A stretch of DNA of 64,000 nt from Fibrobacterales bacterium (GCA_051532055.1 JAOPTX010000007.1:32001-96000); one strand, 5' to 3'; counted from the first letter of the stretch, positions 19,381 through 29,926 are shown. The notes: generated from the letters alone by a model not told the origin. A program made the numbers and translations.

Positions 19381-21705
19381 CTAGGGTATAGTTACTGAAT
19401 CCGTTTGTGGCACATCAACATGAATTACGGCACTATCACTAACCGGCCCTTGCACCTGTTGTTCTAGTATTTCTACTGCCTTCAGGGAGTCCTGAATAGC
19501 TTTTAACTGAAGTGTATCAAGTTCCAAGGTATCTTGCCCTCCATATCTATAAAGGTCAATATTCTTTTCAAAATTAACTTTACCATCCCGCTTTTCAAGA
19601 TTATGTAAATCTTTCTTAAGGTCAACGCCAAAGTCTTCAGGATTCTGAATATATGGAGTAATATAGATAACTAACTCAGTTGTCTCTTCCGCCTCTATTT
19701 TATGTGAGAAAAGTGAACCAAGTACAGGAATTGAGCCAAGAAAAGGAAGGTAGTCATTTGAAATTGTCTTCTTAGACTGAATCAATCCACCGAGCATAAT
19801 AGTCTGCTTGTTAAGAAGGGTGACGGTTGTCTCAAGGCTTCTCGTACTGATATCTGGAGTCCCGCTCCCTGACCCACCTGTTGATGTTTTAATCTGTGGA
19901 CTAATATCAAGGGTTATTTGGCCCCCATTAGTAACAAAAGGAGTTATAGAGAGAGTGATACCATCATTAAATGCTTTATAGTCATTATTTACAACACCAG
20001 ACTGTGCGTTCGTCGAAGATACTTCGCGAAAGGTAGTATTGGTTACTTTGATTGACGCTTTATTACCATTCAATGTGGTAATTTTGGGCATAGCGAGTAC
20101 CTTAGCTTTTTGATCATTCTCTTTAGCCATGAGCTCATAATAAAACTTTGAATTTAAGAAGCCGATTCCCAAACTTGCATCTCCAAGATCCTTAAGTGAT
20201 ACTTTATTTTGATTAATTGGATTGTCATCTTTTGCAAAGTCAAGCATACCATAGAGTCCTGGAATACTATCAGATGCTCCTGCACGGGATGGTTTGAGAC
20301 CAAACTCCTCTCCATTACCTCGTTTATATTCAACAATCACACACTCAAGCAGTACTTGAGGAATAGGAACATCAACAATATCAAGATATTTTTTTACACT
20401 CTCAATCTCACTCGTTGTGCCCATTATAAGTATAGCATTGTGTTCTTTAATGATAGTAATGTTGGTTTTAGAGATAGATTTAGGAAGTATCTTCGTCACA
20501 TTTTCAGATTTCAAATGTTTCAGAGGATACATTTCATAAGAAGTAAGAATCTTTCCTGCTGGTGTTTTCGGGTCTTTAGAACCAACAAGTAGGGTGCCGT
20601 ACTCAGTTATTAAATAAGTATATTTTGATCCCTTTAGAAGCATTGAGATTGCTTCAGCCAGTGGAAGCCTTTTGAGGCTGGCATTAATCGACTCTCTAAT
20701 ATTTCCAAAAAAGACAATATTAATGTCTGATTCGGCGGCTATCGTTTTTAGGACATCTGCAAGATCTGCGTTTTCTAGGCTCACTGAAACACTGTCACCA
20801 ACAACATCAATCTCGAGGCGACTCCCTCCTGGGCTCGGAAGGCCCCCATTTGAGTTACGACCTCTCGTTGTCTCTTCCGTACCGCCACTAACAATATAAA
20901 AACCATTCCTCTTACGTACTTTATAGTTATGGGCAGCCATTAGTGCCTTAAACCCTTCAAGGGGAAGTTGGTTTTTCCAGCTCCCTGTAATTTTCCCCTC
21001 TAAATTTTTACCTGCTAGAATATTGAGTCCAGTCTTCTTAGTAAAAGTTTTAATGAATTTTTTAATATCCTGATTTTGCACATCAAGATCCATTTTTTTG
21101 CGCTTCATCTTTAAAAGCTCAATAGTCTCTTCTGTCGCATTTGAAATGCGATAGATTGACCCTTCACGAATCAACTCCAAATTATTTGCCCGGCAAATTG
21201 CCGAAAGCCCCTCTACAACTCCTACATCTTCCAAATGAATAGAAACTTGCACCGAAACATCGTTATCGATTATTATACTATATCCATAAGCAATAGAAAT
21301 AGTTCGTGCAACTTCACGAATATCAGTGTCAACAAAATCAATTGTCATGACATCAACGTCTTCCTGTGCTGGTCCTTTTTTTAACAACGTTGTTGGATCA
21401 GTTTTTGTAAGCCCTCTCGAAATCGATTTATTAACGCGAACACTATTCTGTGGAATAGCCCCTTTTTTGTGCGCTGATGTACTTGGGTATGATGATGGGC
21501 GAACCGAAGAAGATGGTCGTGCTGGTGTTATCGCCACCCCCTTCTGGCTGCGCTTAGCTTGTAAGCGCTGACGATAGAGCTTTTGAACCTCTTGTGGTGA
21601 AAGAGTTTTCAGCTCCTCTTCAGTGAAAAGTTCACGGACGCCCTGAGAAACAGCCAAAGAACAAGCGAGAGCCAAGCAGATTACAACAACCTTAAAATTT
21701 ACCAT
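19381..21705 (-). CDS. Secretin (GspD/PilQ family)
   Basis: Repeated N0/STN-like domains, IPQVLLECVIVE, PKITTLNGNKASI, LGGLI, PFLGSIPVLGSLF, ELVIYITP. Confidence 0.92.
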   Translation of the reverse strand: MVNFKVVVICLALACSLAVSQGVRELFTEEELKTLSPQEVQKLYRQRLQAKRSQKGVAITPARPSSSVRPSSYPSTSAHKKGAIPQNSVRVNKSISRGLTKTDPTTLLKKGPAQEDVDVMTIDFVDTDIREVARTISIAYGYSIIIDNDVSVQVSIHLEDVGVVEGLSAICRANNLELIREGSIYRISNATEETIELLKMKRKKMDLDVQNQDIKKFIKTFTKKTGLNILAGKNLEGKITGSWKNQLPLEGFKALMAAHNYKVRKRNGFYIVSGGTEETTRGRNSNGGLPSPGGSRLEIDVVGDSVSVSLENADLADVLKTIAAESDINIVFFGNIRESINASLKRLPLAEAISMLLKGSKYTYLITEYGTLLVGSKDPKTPAGKILTSYEMYPLKHLKSENVTKILPKSISKTNITIIKEHNAILIMGTTSEIESVKKYLDIVDVPIPQVLLECVIVEYKRGNGEEFGLKPSRAGASDSIPGLYGMLDFAKDDNPINQNKVSLKDLGDASLGIGFLNSKFYYELMAKENDQKAKVLAMPKITTLNGNKASIKVTNTTFREVSSTNAQSGVVNNDYKAFNDGITLSITPFVTNGGQITLDISPQIKTSTGGSGSGTPDISTRSLETTVTLLNKQTIMLGGLIQSKKTISNDYLPFLGSIPVLGSLFSHKIEAEETTELVIYITPYIQNPEDFGVDLKKDLHNLEKRDGKVNFEKNIDLYRYGGQDTLELDTLQLKAIQDSLKAVEILEQQVQGPVSDSAVIHVDVPQTDSVTIP

Positions 21706-21834
21706 GTAATACTCATTAGTAGAGAGATGTATTTTCAGTGAAAATGTACCAAAAATACCATCAAATAACACGTAAATGGTTGATTTTCAAGAGGTTATGG
21801 CGATGATTTTACAGCAAATATACAAGAGCCCCCC

Positions 21835-23298
21835 TTAACGGAGAAGGACTCGTTCTATTTCTGAAATAGAGGTAAGGTTTTGTTTTAGTTTACTGAGTCC
21901 ATCTTCTATCATCGAGTCAAAGGAAGCACGTTTTCTAATTTCGACCTCACTAGCCGTTTCTGAAATAATTTCCTTAATCTCTTGATTGATTTCAAGGAGC
22001 TCAAAGACAGCTAATCGACCATTATATCCCGTATGATCACACCGCTCACATCCTACAGCCTGAGGCACCTCAAGAGGGACATTAGGAACGACCGACTTAA
22101 TATAATCAGAGCTCTCAATCATGGAATAACAATGGGGACACAGTTTACGCACCAATCGTTGAGCAAGGACACAAAGCACTGAACTTCCAATTAAAAACGA
22201 AGGGATATTAAGATCAACTAAACGGGTTATTGCCGACATTGCATCATTAGTATGCAGTGTCGAGAGCACTAAGTGACCTGTTTGAGCTGCTTGTACTGCT
22301 ATCTGTGCTGTTTCGGTGTCACGAATTTCACCCAAAAGAATCACGTCAGGATCTTGACGAAGGAGCGATCTAAGCACTGAAGAAAAAGTGAGTCCCGCCT
22401 TTTCATTCACCTGCACCTGATTTGCACCTTTAAGGTGATACTCTATCGGGTCTTCAATAGTCGTAATATTTATCTCTTTATTGATCACATGTTGCAGGCC
22501 AGCAAAAAGAGTTGATGATTTACCAGAACCAGTTGGTCCCGTCACAAATATCATTCCCTGAGGGCGTGTAAAATAGAACTGTAACCGTTTAAGAACATAA
22601 TCAGACATTCCCAAATTTTCGAGCTGTTTGAGAGTATCCATATACTTGAGAATCCTGAGTACTATCTTCTCACCAAATTTGGTAGGAAGAGAACTCACCC
22701 GCATATCAATTTCTTCCCCATGATAGTTCCATTTGATACGCCCATCTTGAGGAAGACGTTTTTCCGAAATATCAAGTTCTGCCAAAATCTTTAAGCGTGA
22801 TACCAGGGCTGCTCTCACCCAGCTAGGAAGCTCCAGACTTTTTCGGAGCATACCATCTTTTCTAAATCGAACGACCACTTCATTTTCAAGTGATTCAATA
22901 TGAATGTCAGTTGCACCCTGCTCAATCCCTTGATTTATAAGGTTATTAGCAAGATTAATTACTGGCTGTGATTGACTATGCTTTTTAATTTCATCAATAT
23001 CACTACTCTCATCATCGAAATTGATCTCTGCCTCATCAAGGTTCTGAAGAAGAGAATCATTTGAGGTACTCTTTGACTTTGAATCAGAGAGGAGTTCATC
23101 AATAGCACTCTCTTCCGTAAGTTTAGGACGTACTATATGACCTGTTTTAAAATAAACTGCAGAAAAAAGAAGCTCATCAAACTCATTTATAACCGCAAGG
23201 TCGATATATGAATCTTCAAACTTAAGAGGATAACATTTATGCTCTCTACAAAACTTTAACCCCAGTGAGGCTACGATACTTTTTTTCTCTTCACTCAT
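21835..23298 (-). CDS. gspE: GspE/PilB-family assembly ATPase
   Basis: GPTGSGKS, TIEDPIEY, LRQDPDVILLGEIRD, GHLVLSTLHTN, CxxC..CxxC. Confidence 0.93.
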   Translation of the reverse strand: MSEEKKSIVASLGLKFCREHKCYPLKFEDSYIDLAVINEFDELLFSAVYFKTGHIVRPKLTEESAIDELLSDSKSKSTSNDSLLQNLDEAEINFDDESSDIDEIKKHSQSQPVINLANNLINQGIEQGATDIHIESLENEVVVRFRKDGMLRKSLELPSWVRAALVSRLKILAELDISEKRLPQDGRIKWNYHGEEIDMRVSSLPTKFGEKIVLRILKYMDTLKQLENLGMSDYVLKRLQFYFTRPQGMIFVTGPTGSGKSSTLFAGLQHVINKEINITTIEDPIEYHLKGANQVQVNEKAGLTFSSVLRSLLRQDPDVILLGEIRDTETAQIAVQAAQTGHLVLSTLHTNDAMSAITRLVDLNIPSFLIGSSVLCVLAQRLVRKLCPHCYSMIESSDYIKSVVPNVPLEVPQAVGCERCDHTGYNGRLAVFELLEINQEIKEIISETASEVEIRKRASFDSMIEDGLSKLKQNLTSISEIERVLLR

Positions 23299-23319
23299 AC
23301 ATTCCAAAATACAAATTAA

Positions 23320-23931
23320 TTACTCGATATCCAAATCCAGAGCTTCAATATCTATGCGCTCTTGAATTCGGTTACGTATAAAGAAACGGGATTCATACTT
23401 CCTACTTCGAGGACCATACACAAAACGTACAAACATTGTACGCACCTTATTGAGTTCACTCCCTTCAAGAAGACCAGACATATCTTGATCCAACTCATCT
23501 TGGGTTATTAAACCATCCCCGTCAGAATCTAACGCAAAGAGTTCTTCCCCGTCCTGTTCTTCGTCAAGCTGTTTACCCTCTACACCACACGACACCTCTG
23601 AAAGTGCATGGGGAAACAATGCTCTATTATCGGAAAATATCATAGTATCATTCCATGAAAGCTTCCGTTGAAGCCCCATTTTATCTTGATAATAGATACC
23701 CGTTTCATACACTGCAATTAAACCATCCCCATAGGCAATGGTTTGTTCGACACTACCCCATCGACTTTCTATAGCCAAATGATGCTGCCGTGTCTCTCTT
23801 TTACCTCTCGAAACCCCATATGAATTTGTATATAAACTATACGCAAGAGTCAAAACAATAGAGGCTACAACCATAGTCACTATAAGTTCAATTATAGTGA
23901 CACCTCTTTGGAGTGAACAAGTTGTATACAC
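23320..23931 (-). CDS. Minor (pseudo)pilin, GspJ/PilW-like, with two EF-hand-type loops
   Basis: QRG|VTIIEL prepilin motif with E5; DSDGDGLITQDE and DQDMSGLLEGSE. Confidence 0.8.
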   Translation of the reverse strand: MYTTCSLQRGVTIIELIVTMVVASIVLTLAYSLYTNSYGVSRGKRETRQHHLAIESRWGSVEQTIAYGDGLIAVYETGIYYQDKMGLQRKLSWNDTMIFSDNRALFPHALSEVSCGVEGKQLDEEQDGEELFALDSDGDGLITQDELDQDMSGLLEGSELNKVRTMFVRFVYGPRSRKYESRFFIRNRIQERIDIEALDLDIE

Positions 23932-24401
23932 TAGTTATCCCTCACCACTTCTATATTCATGAGAAGGCGTAAATCACCTTCTTCGATATACTCTGGATCA
24001 ACATCTTCAAATGCCTCTTCAAAGTCATTCTCTTCTGGCTCATATCGATAGATGCCATACCGTATCTCTTTGGGCCGCTTATAGAGTCGCTCTACATCAT
24101 CTGTTTCCCATATATATAGGTCTGCCATACTATCTAATGCAACCGTATCAATAACTCGTTGCCACAGAACAAGCTTGTGCGTTGTATCTGCAATCCATAA
24201 TGAATCTACAAGAGGAAGCTGTGGATTTGCCAAAATATACTCTACTCTATTATGTAAATGAGAAAAGGCAGCTAACTGTCTGTATGAACGGCTCTCCATC
24301 ACAGCGCTATTAACAAAAATCACATTCACCCCAGCAATACCAATACTGAGAAGGGCAATAGCTACAAGTACTTCGATGAGTGTAAACCCTTTATTCATCA
24401 T
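23931..24401 (-). CDS. Minor (pseudo)pilin, GspI/PilV-like
   Basis: NKG|FTLIEVLVAIALL class III signal peptide; GAGG SD before ATG 24401. Confidence 0.85.
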   Translation of the reverse strand: MMNKGFTLIEVLVAIALLSIGIAGVNVIFVNSAVMESRSYRQLAAFSHLHNRVEYILANPQLPLVDSLWIADTTHKLVLWQRVIDTVALDSMADLYIWETDDVERLYKRPKEIRYGIYRYEPEENDFEEAFEDVDPEYIEEGDLRLLMNIEVVRDN

Positions 24402-25872
24402 AGTCCTCTTCATCATCGGAGTCTGCATCTCTGATACTCTCAATATTCACATCGGTATCTTTCATCCACTGTGCCATTACAAATGCACTCTTGTCACCCT
24501 GAAATTTCATATCTATGGGTTGATAAAAGGCCCCAAGAGTAAGTCGATTTATTGTTCCATTTCCAAAACAATGTGGTTGACCATCACAGGCCATACTCTT
24601 TGCAACAACAGAACCAATTACATCTGTTCCATTTTCAACAACCCCTTTGGCAAAAACGACTCCAGTGACTTGTGCGCCTTGACTAAGAAAAACATCACCT
24701 GCAGGCTCAGAAAGGGTCCGCGCATTGGCAGTGCTAATAAGCATGCCATGTACGGTTGCGCCTTCGGTAATATAAAGAGACCCCATACCCTGACCCGCAT
24801 CAACAACAGTACCCGCTGTAATAAGTACAGAGTTATTCACTACCGCAGCACTATCATTCAGTACAATGTCACCCTCAGCCATTACAAGGCCCTGTAAATG
24901 TGTTGAATCATTCAGCTCAATACGTTCTTTAGAGTAGAGAGTAACATTAGAGCCACGAACCCCCTCCGAAACTATAATTGGCCCTGATGCAATCAGTGTT
25001 ATATTTGAAAGGTCAATCATGCCTTCTATTGTTGCACTTCCCTCTACAAAGATATGAGTAACCGTTTTGGGGGCTACAACTCCAGTCTCACCAACATCAA
25101 TGGTGAGGTCACCTTCAGGAATAATGATTTTTTCTAATTCTTCAAAATCTTCTAAATTTGAATAGTTCGAAGGTGAACCAAAAATATCTTCATTATCTCT
25201 CAATGCCTCATTAAACGCCCTTTTATAATACATAAGCTTTGAACCTGCATATCCCTTCACACCCGAGAGAATACGACCAACTTTTGTCGGATTTGCTTTA
25301 TGCTCCTCATCGACATTCTTTCCCAAGCTTGCATAAGCACCTTCGACAGATGACTCTGAATAATCCTGTAGTGCTGTGTCGCCGGTAAGTATCAGGGCAT
25401 GATCAAAATATGAGCTCAACTCATTTCCATAGTGAATTGTAAGAGATACCGACAATCCTTCAAATGTAGCAGTGGTGCTATATCGTAACCACATACCTAC
25501 TGTATCCGATACTACTTCAGGCAATACTTCTTTACTACTCACTAAAATATGATGCATATCAGTGCTAATATTTGCAAGAGAAGTATCAGGTGCATACCCT
25601 TCCGAGCCTACAACAATACTGTCACCATCAAGTGTATCCACAAAGGGCTTTGCCTCGAAGTCGTCATATTTTTGTAGTACAATTGCGTTCTCTGCAATCA
25701 TAAGGGCTTTATACTTACGATACTTTGCATGCCATGGGCTCGCCATAAGAGAGCTTTTTAAAAGGGAGACCGCTAAAATAGTTATGATTGATATTATAAG
25801 AAGTACTGCAGGTATCGCGTTTCCACGCTGGTGCTCTATCGATAGACTCTGACAACGCTGTATCAGGTGCAT
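24391..25872 (-). CDS. Large minor pilin, GspK/PilX-like, with C-terminal beta-solenoid-like repeats
   Basis: QRG|NAIPAVLL (no E5, as in GspK/PilX); repeated 'V.G.v.a.G.i' strands. Confidence 0.7.
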   Translation of the reverse strand: MHLIQRCQSLSIEHQRGNAIPAVLLIISIITILAVSLLKSSLMASPWHAKYRKYKALMIAENAIVLQKYDDFEAKPFVDTLDGDSIVVGSEGYAPDTSLANISTDMHHILVSSKEVLPEVVSDTVGMWLRYSTTATFEGLSVSLTIHYGNELSSYFDHALILTGDTALQDYSESSVEGAYASLGKNVDEEHKANPTKVGRILSGVKGYAGSKLMYYKRAFNEALRDNEDIFGSPSNYSNLEDFEELEKIIIPEGDLTIDVGETGVVAPKTVTHIFVEGSATIEGMIDLSNITLIASGPIIVSEGVRGSNVTLYSKERIELNDSTHLQGLVMAEGDIVLNDSAAVVNNSVLITAGTVVDAGQGMGSLYITEGATVHGMLISTANARTLSEPAGDVFLSQGAQVTGVVFAKGVVENGTDVIGSVVAKSMACDGQPHCFGNGTINRLTLGAFYQPIDMKFQGDKSAFVMAQWMKDTDVNIESIRDADSDDEEDYDE

Positions 25873-25874
25873 AG

Positions 25875-26336
25875 TTACTTCAATGAAAGGCTAAAGGTAC
25901 CAGTGGGCCCTTTAAAGGATGCTGTGGTCCCTGCGATACTCTCTAACATTGCACCTTCTAGAGAGTCACCTATCTTTAAAACCGAAACACGACCATCTCG
26001 ATCAGTTACTGTAACAGCTCTCTTTGCAACCATACCTGTGATAGTGTATTCTCTGAGGGCTGAAGGTTTTACAGTTGACGCAACTTTTTTAGCCCGTCCT
26101 TTCTTACGCCCCTTAGTTGCTCCTGTTCCGGTAAATGGGTTGCGATATTTTGCTACTGCTTTTGTATTTTGATTTTTAAGTGATGCCACATAATTTGCCC
26201 AAGTGTTGATATCAACCTTTTTGTAAACCGGTGCAGATGTTTTACCCGTTAGCGCATGTAAATCAGGAAAACTAAGCTTTTTAATAGCTAGGACAAGACA
26301 GACCACAATTATCAGATAACTCAACTTCCTATTCAT
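25875..26336 (-). CDS. PilP/GspC-like assembly platform protein
   Basis: N-terminal TM, RNPF motif, short beta domain 'ITGMV...VLKIGDSLEG'. Confidence 0.65.
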   Translation of the reverse strand: MNRKLSYLIIVVCLVLAIKKLSFPDLHALTGKTSAPVYKKVDINTWANYVASLKNQNTKAVAKYRNPFTGTGATKGRKKGRAKKVASTVKPSALREYTITGMVAKRAVTVTDRDGRVSVLKIGDSLEGAMLESIAGTTASFKGPTGTFSLSLK

Positions 26337-26338
26337 AA

Positions 26339-26875
26339 CTACTTCTTTAAATACTCAATGTGCATTCCAGAGATGGCATACTTCCCTTTCTGCTTTTTTA
26401 TTGAAAACCGAGTAACAACCGAAAGCGGTCGTTTAGTTTCTATCGAATAGAGATACCGTATAAAATATCGATAAGAACCCGTTAATGAAAGAGAAACCAC
26501 ATGGTGATTACTCCCTTCTACGGGTTTACTTTCTTCTTTAACTTTTTGAACGGTGAGCCCTATTTTTTCTGCCAATTTCCGAAATCCCGTTTCAGAATAC
26601 CCTTGAATACCATCACCGACAACCCGGCCATCTAACAATGAATAGGCCTCATCTAATATTACAATCTGGCTATCCAGTACATTTATCTCATTCGTAAACC
26701 ACTCATCCGAAAATGTTTGGGCTGAAAGAGTGGCTATTTCTTTTCTCGTTTGTTCAACCTCTTGTAACATCGGATAGAGAATAAATTGATATGATAGAAG
26801 GAGCAACGCCAGGGGAAAAACTATTTTTGCGAGAAACCACTGCTCTTCGGCCCAGAATGTTTTAAAATCACCCAT
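26339..26875 (-). CDS. PilO/GspM-like inner-membrane protein
   Basis: TM + coiled coil + 'LSLTGSY..F..YL..IE' ferredoxin-like motif. Confidence 0.7.
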   Translation of the reverse strand: MGDFKTFWAEEQWFLAKIVFPLALLLLSYQFILYPMLQEVEQTRKEIATLSAQTFSDEWFTNEINVLDSQIVILDEAYSLLDGRVVGDGIQGYSETGFRKLAEKIGLTVQKVKEESKPVEGSNHHVVSLSLTGSYRYFIRYLYSIETKRPLSVVTRFSIKKQKGKYAISGMHIEYLKK

Positions 26876-28152
26876 TACTTGACCTCCAAAATAACTTGAG
26901 CCGAAACAGGCCCTTTAGAGGTCTTCTTTTTACTTCCTATTGCACTTAAAATAAAGATTTCACTTGCAGAAATTTTCTCTTCAAAACTTGTTAACGCATC
27001 CCATGAAGAAACAAACAGTTGAAATTTAATTTCGCGCGCATCACCCCGAGTCATTATTTTTATAGAACGAATTTTTCCTCGCTTCGGTATCATGTGTGAC
27101 AGCGAATTTAAATATCCACTCCATGCAATCGGTTGTTGTACTCTTTTTTTCCGATCATTAATTTTTCCCAGAAGCTCATTTACTCTTGTTTGAGACGAAT
27201 CTAATCGAGAGACTTGCGCTGTATAGACCTCAGACTGTTGTAATAGAACTGCTTTTTCACCATCCAAGTTATTCTGTACAATTATAAGTGAACCACACAG
27301 AATGCCTACAATAAGTACAATGACTTGAATAGCAGATATAAGGGTTATACTATTACGAGAATTGATCGCCGCCCTTTTCTCAGAGTCAGTTTGAATATTC
27401 AATTGACTTGCAAAGTCCGACTGTGCCATTTGAGCCAAACCATCAGTCACCAAGGCTTCTACAGCTTTAGGCGCAGGACGTCGTATTTCAACTTCACTCA
27501 GTGAAACTCCTGGGAGCATATCCTGAAATATGTAACATTTCCAAGGGCCATGACTTTTATGAAATGCATCTTGTTTTAAAAACTGGACTAAGCGGTCAAG
27601 CCTCTGAGAGACATGATCATCAGAAACATAGGGTTCTTTGATAAAATAGGAAAGAGCACCCCCAGTAAAAACAGCTACAAGAAGTGCATTATCAAAAGCA
27701 ATAGCCACAATGCAGTCACTTTCACCATCAGCCATAAATTTTTCACCAATACCCACACTAAAGAGCTCTATGGGTAAACTGACATCTTGAAAGGCAAGAG
27801 GGGCGCCTTTGTGCTCACTTGCATGGACCACTAATATTCGATGATGGGTTCCAGCATTAGAATCGTGTGTTGATACATAATAGGTTCTAAAAAGATCAAA
27901 TGTCTTTTCAGGAAAATTACTTTTCAGATGGCCTTCTATATGATACTCATCCAAAAACTCATTATACGGGGTAATAATTTCACAAATGAGATATTCACAC
28001 CCATGTACTGCTGAAACAACAGATCGATAATGACTTAAAAATGAGTACCCCGCCTTCTCTTTAGCTCGATAAATATGTTTTAACCACCGACTATTCGCCG
28101 GCTCGCTGCACAAAGCATCGCTTACATATATGAGAGTATCTTTTGAAAACAT
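26875..28152 (-). CDS. GspL-like (PilM-PilN fusion-type) protein
   Basis: Cytoplasmic N-domain, single TM, coiled coil, PilN-like 'WSGYLNSLSHMIP'; first gene of the cluster. Confidence 0.6.
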   Translation of the reverse strand: MFSKDTLIYVSDALCSEPANSRWLKHIYRAKEKAGYSFLSHYRSVVSAVHGCEYLICEIITPYNEFLDEYHIEGHLKSNFPEKTFDLFRTYYVSTHDSNAGTHHRILVVHASEHKGAPLAFQDVSLPIELFSVGIGEKFMADGESDCIVAIAFDNALLVAVFTGGALSYFIKEPYVSDDHVSQRLDRLVQFLKQDAFHKSHGPWKCYIFQDMLPGVSLSEVEIRRPAPKAVEALVTDGLAQMAQSDFASQLNIQTDSEKRAAINSRNSITLISAIQVIVLIVGILCGSLIIVQNNLDGEKAVLLQQSEVYTAQVSRLDSSQTRVNELLGKINDRKKRVQQPIAWSGYLNSLSHMIPKRGKIRSIKIMTRGDAREIKFQLFVSSWDALTSFEEKISASEIFILSAIGSKKKTSKGPVSAQVILEVK

Positions 28153-28312
28153 TTGGTTCCTGAGACAAAAATACAAATAAATGTCGATTTAAGAGTAGAT
28201 TAATGACCACCTTAAATGACTTATTGTGGGATACTCATTTATAATTCAGCCCCCACTATCCAGAGATAATAGTATCTTTTGCTCAATACGCTCAGTGAAG
28301 GCTTACCAATTC

Positions 28313-29302
28313 ATGTTGTTCAAACGAGCATTTTTTAAACCCAAACATAAATCACCACCAGACTTAGTCCATGAAAGCGCTCCAGACTGGTCTGACTTGG
28401 GATATGACGAAACTTTTTATCAAGAACGTCCAAGACGGTTTCTCAATAAAGATGGAAGTTTTAATGTTTTAAAGAAGGGCCGCTCCTTTCTTCAAACCCT
28501 TCACCTCTATCATTCGCTTCTTATGATGAGCTGGACTAAATTCTACATCACAATTTTCTCTGTGTTTGTAGCTATTAACTTTATTTTTGCTATTCTCTTC
28601 TTTATGTGTGGATACCAGGCTATCCATGGAATCGACTATTCAGGGTCGTTTACCGGACTTCGAGACTGTTTCTTTTTTAGTGTTCAAAGCTTTACCACGG
28701 TAGGCTATGGACAACTCTTCCCCGAATCCCTCAGTGCCAACATGCTTGCGACCCTCTCTTCTCTGGTTGGTTTACTCAGTTTCGCCCTTGCAACAGGAAT
28801 ATTCTTTGCCCGATTTTCCCGCCCTGTTACCATGGTCCAATTCAGCACTCATGCTCTGATGTCACCCTATAAAGATCAAAATGCATTTATTTTCCGTTTG
28901 GCAAATGGACGAGCTGAGAGCGAACTCCTCAATGTCCGAATCAAAGTAGTTATGACATGGCTCGAAAATGCAGGAGAACAGACCACTCGGAGATTTAAAA
29001 CCTTAAAATTAGTTCGAAATCAAGTAGCCTTTATGCCAGCCGTTTGGACCATAATACACCCTGTCACTCAAGAGAGTCCACTCACAGGCAAAAGTAAAGA
29101 GCAACTCGAAGCTGCTGATGTTGAATTTCTTATTACCCTCAATGCATTTGATGAAACTTTTTCGCAAACAGTTTATAAGAGATCATCATATAAATGGTAT
29201 GAGTTAATGTGGAATAGTAATTTCACAGACATGATATCAAGTACCCCAAATGGCCTTGTGGAAGTCGATCTAAGTAAAATAGATCAGTGGGAAGCTGCAT
29301 GA
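28313..29302 (+). CDS. Inward-rectifier potassium channel (KirBac)
   Basis: KDGSFNV, LYHSLLMMSW slide helix, FFFSVQSFTTVGYG filter, FARFSRP, HPVTQESPL. Confidence 0.93.
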   Translation: MLFKRAFFKPKHKSPPDLVHESAPDWSDLGYDETFYQERPRRFLNKDGSFNVLKKGRSFLQTLHLYHSLLMMSWTKFYITIFSVFVAINFIFAILFFMCGYQAIHGIDYSGSFTGLRDCFFFSVQSFTTVGYGQLFPESLSANMLATLSSLVGLLSFALATGIFFARFSRPVTMVQFSTHALMSPYKDQNAFIFRLANGRAESELLNVRIKVVMTWLENAGEQTTRRFKTLKLVRNQVAFMPAVWTIIHPVTQESPLTGKSKEQLEAADVEFLITLNAFDETFSQTVYKRSSYKWYELMWNSNFTDMISSTPNGLVEVDLSKIDQWEAA

Positions 29303-29904
29303 TCAAAGCTGTTATTTATGACTGGGGCGGCGTCATTTGCGTCAATCCTGCACCTGAATTTCTCACGGCATGCAGTGCTGCACTTGGCGTAGAGCAAGAA
29401 CACTTGCAGCCACTTCTTACACGATATATTGATCCATTTCAAAAAGGAGAAATCACGGAAAGTGCTCTCTGGGAAATCATCTGTTCTGAACTCAATATCA
29501 GCAACTATGATTGGTCTAAACCTCTGTGGAGGCCGGTTTTTGAAAGTTTTTACACCCCACAGCAAGAAGTGATTAATTCTGCCAAAGTATTGCAATCTTT
29601 CGGGTACAAAATAGGCTTTCTCAGCAATACTGAAGTGCCCGCTATGGAATTACATCTCTCACTCAATTATGATTTTTTTGATGCTCGAGTATTTTCATGT
29701 GTAGAGGGGATTATAAAACCTCAAGGCGCTATCTACTCTTTAATTGCAGAACGGCTAGGCCTCCCCCCTGAGGAGTGCATTATGATTGATGATAAACCAG
29801 AGAATATAGTAGGGGCCGAAGCTGTTGGGATGAGTGGCTTGTTGTTTACCAGTGAGATTCAATATCTCAGGGAAATTGAATCACTTCCGAATCTCACTAA
29901 ATAA
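29299..29904 (+). CDS. HAD-family phosphatase (YihX-like)
   Basis: IYDWGGV, LSNT, KP and IDD motifs; ATGA overlap with the Kir gene. Confidence 0.88.
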   Translation: MIKAVIYDWGGVICVNPAPEFLTACSAALGVEQEHLQPLLTRYIDPFQKGEITESALWEIICSELNISNYDWSKPLWRPVFESFYTPQQEVINSAKVLQSFGYKIGFLSNTEVPAMELHLSLNYDFFDARVFSCVEGIIKPQGAIYSLIAERLGLPPEECIMIDDKPENIVGAEAVGMSGLLFTSEIQYLREIESLPNLTK

Positions 29905-29926
29905 TTCATACACCACCTGAAGAGTA

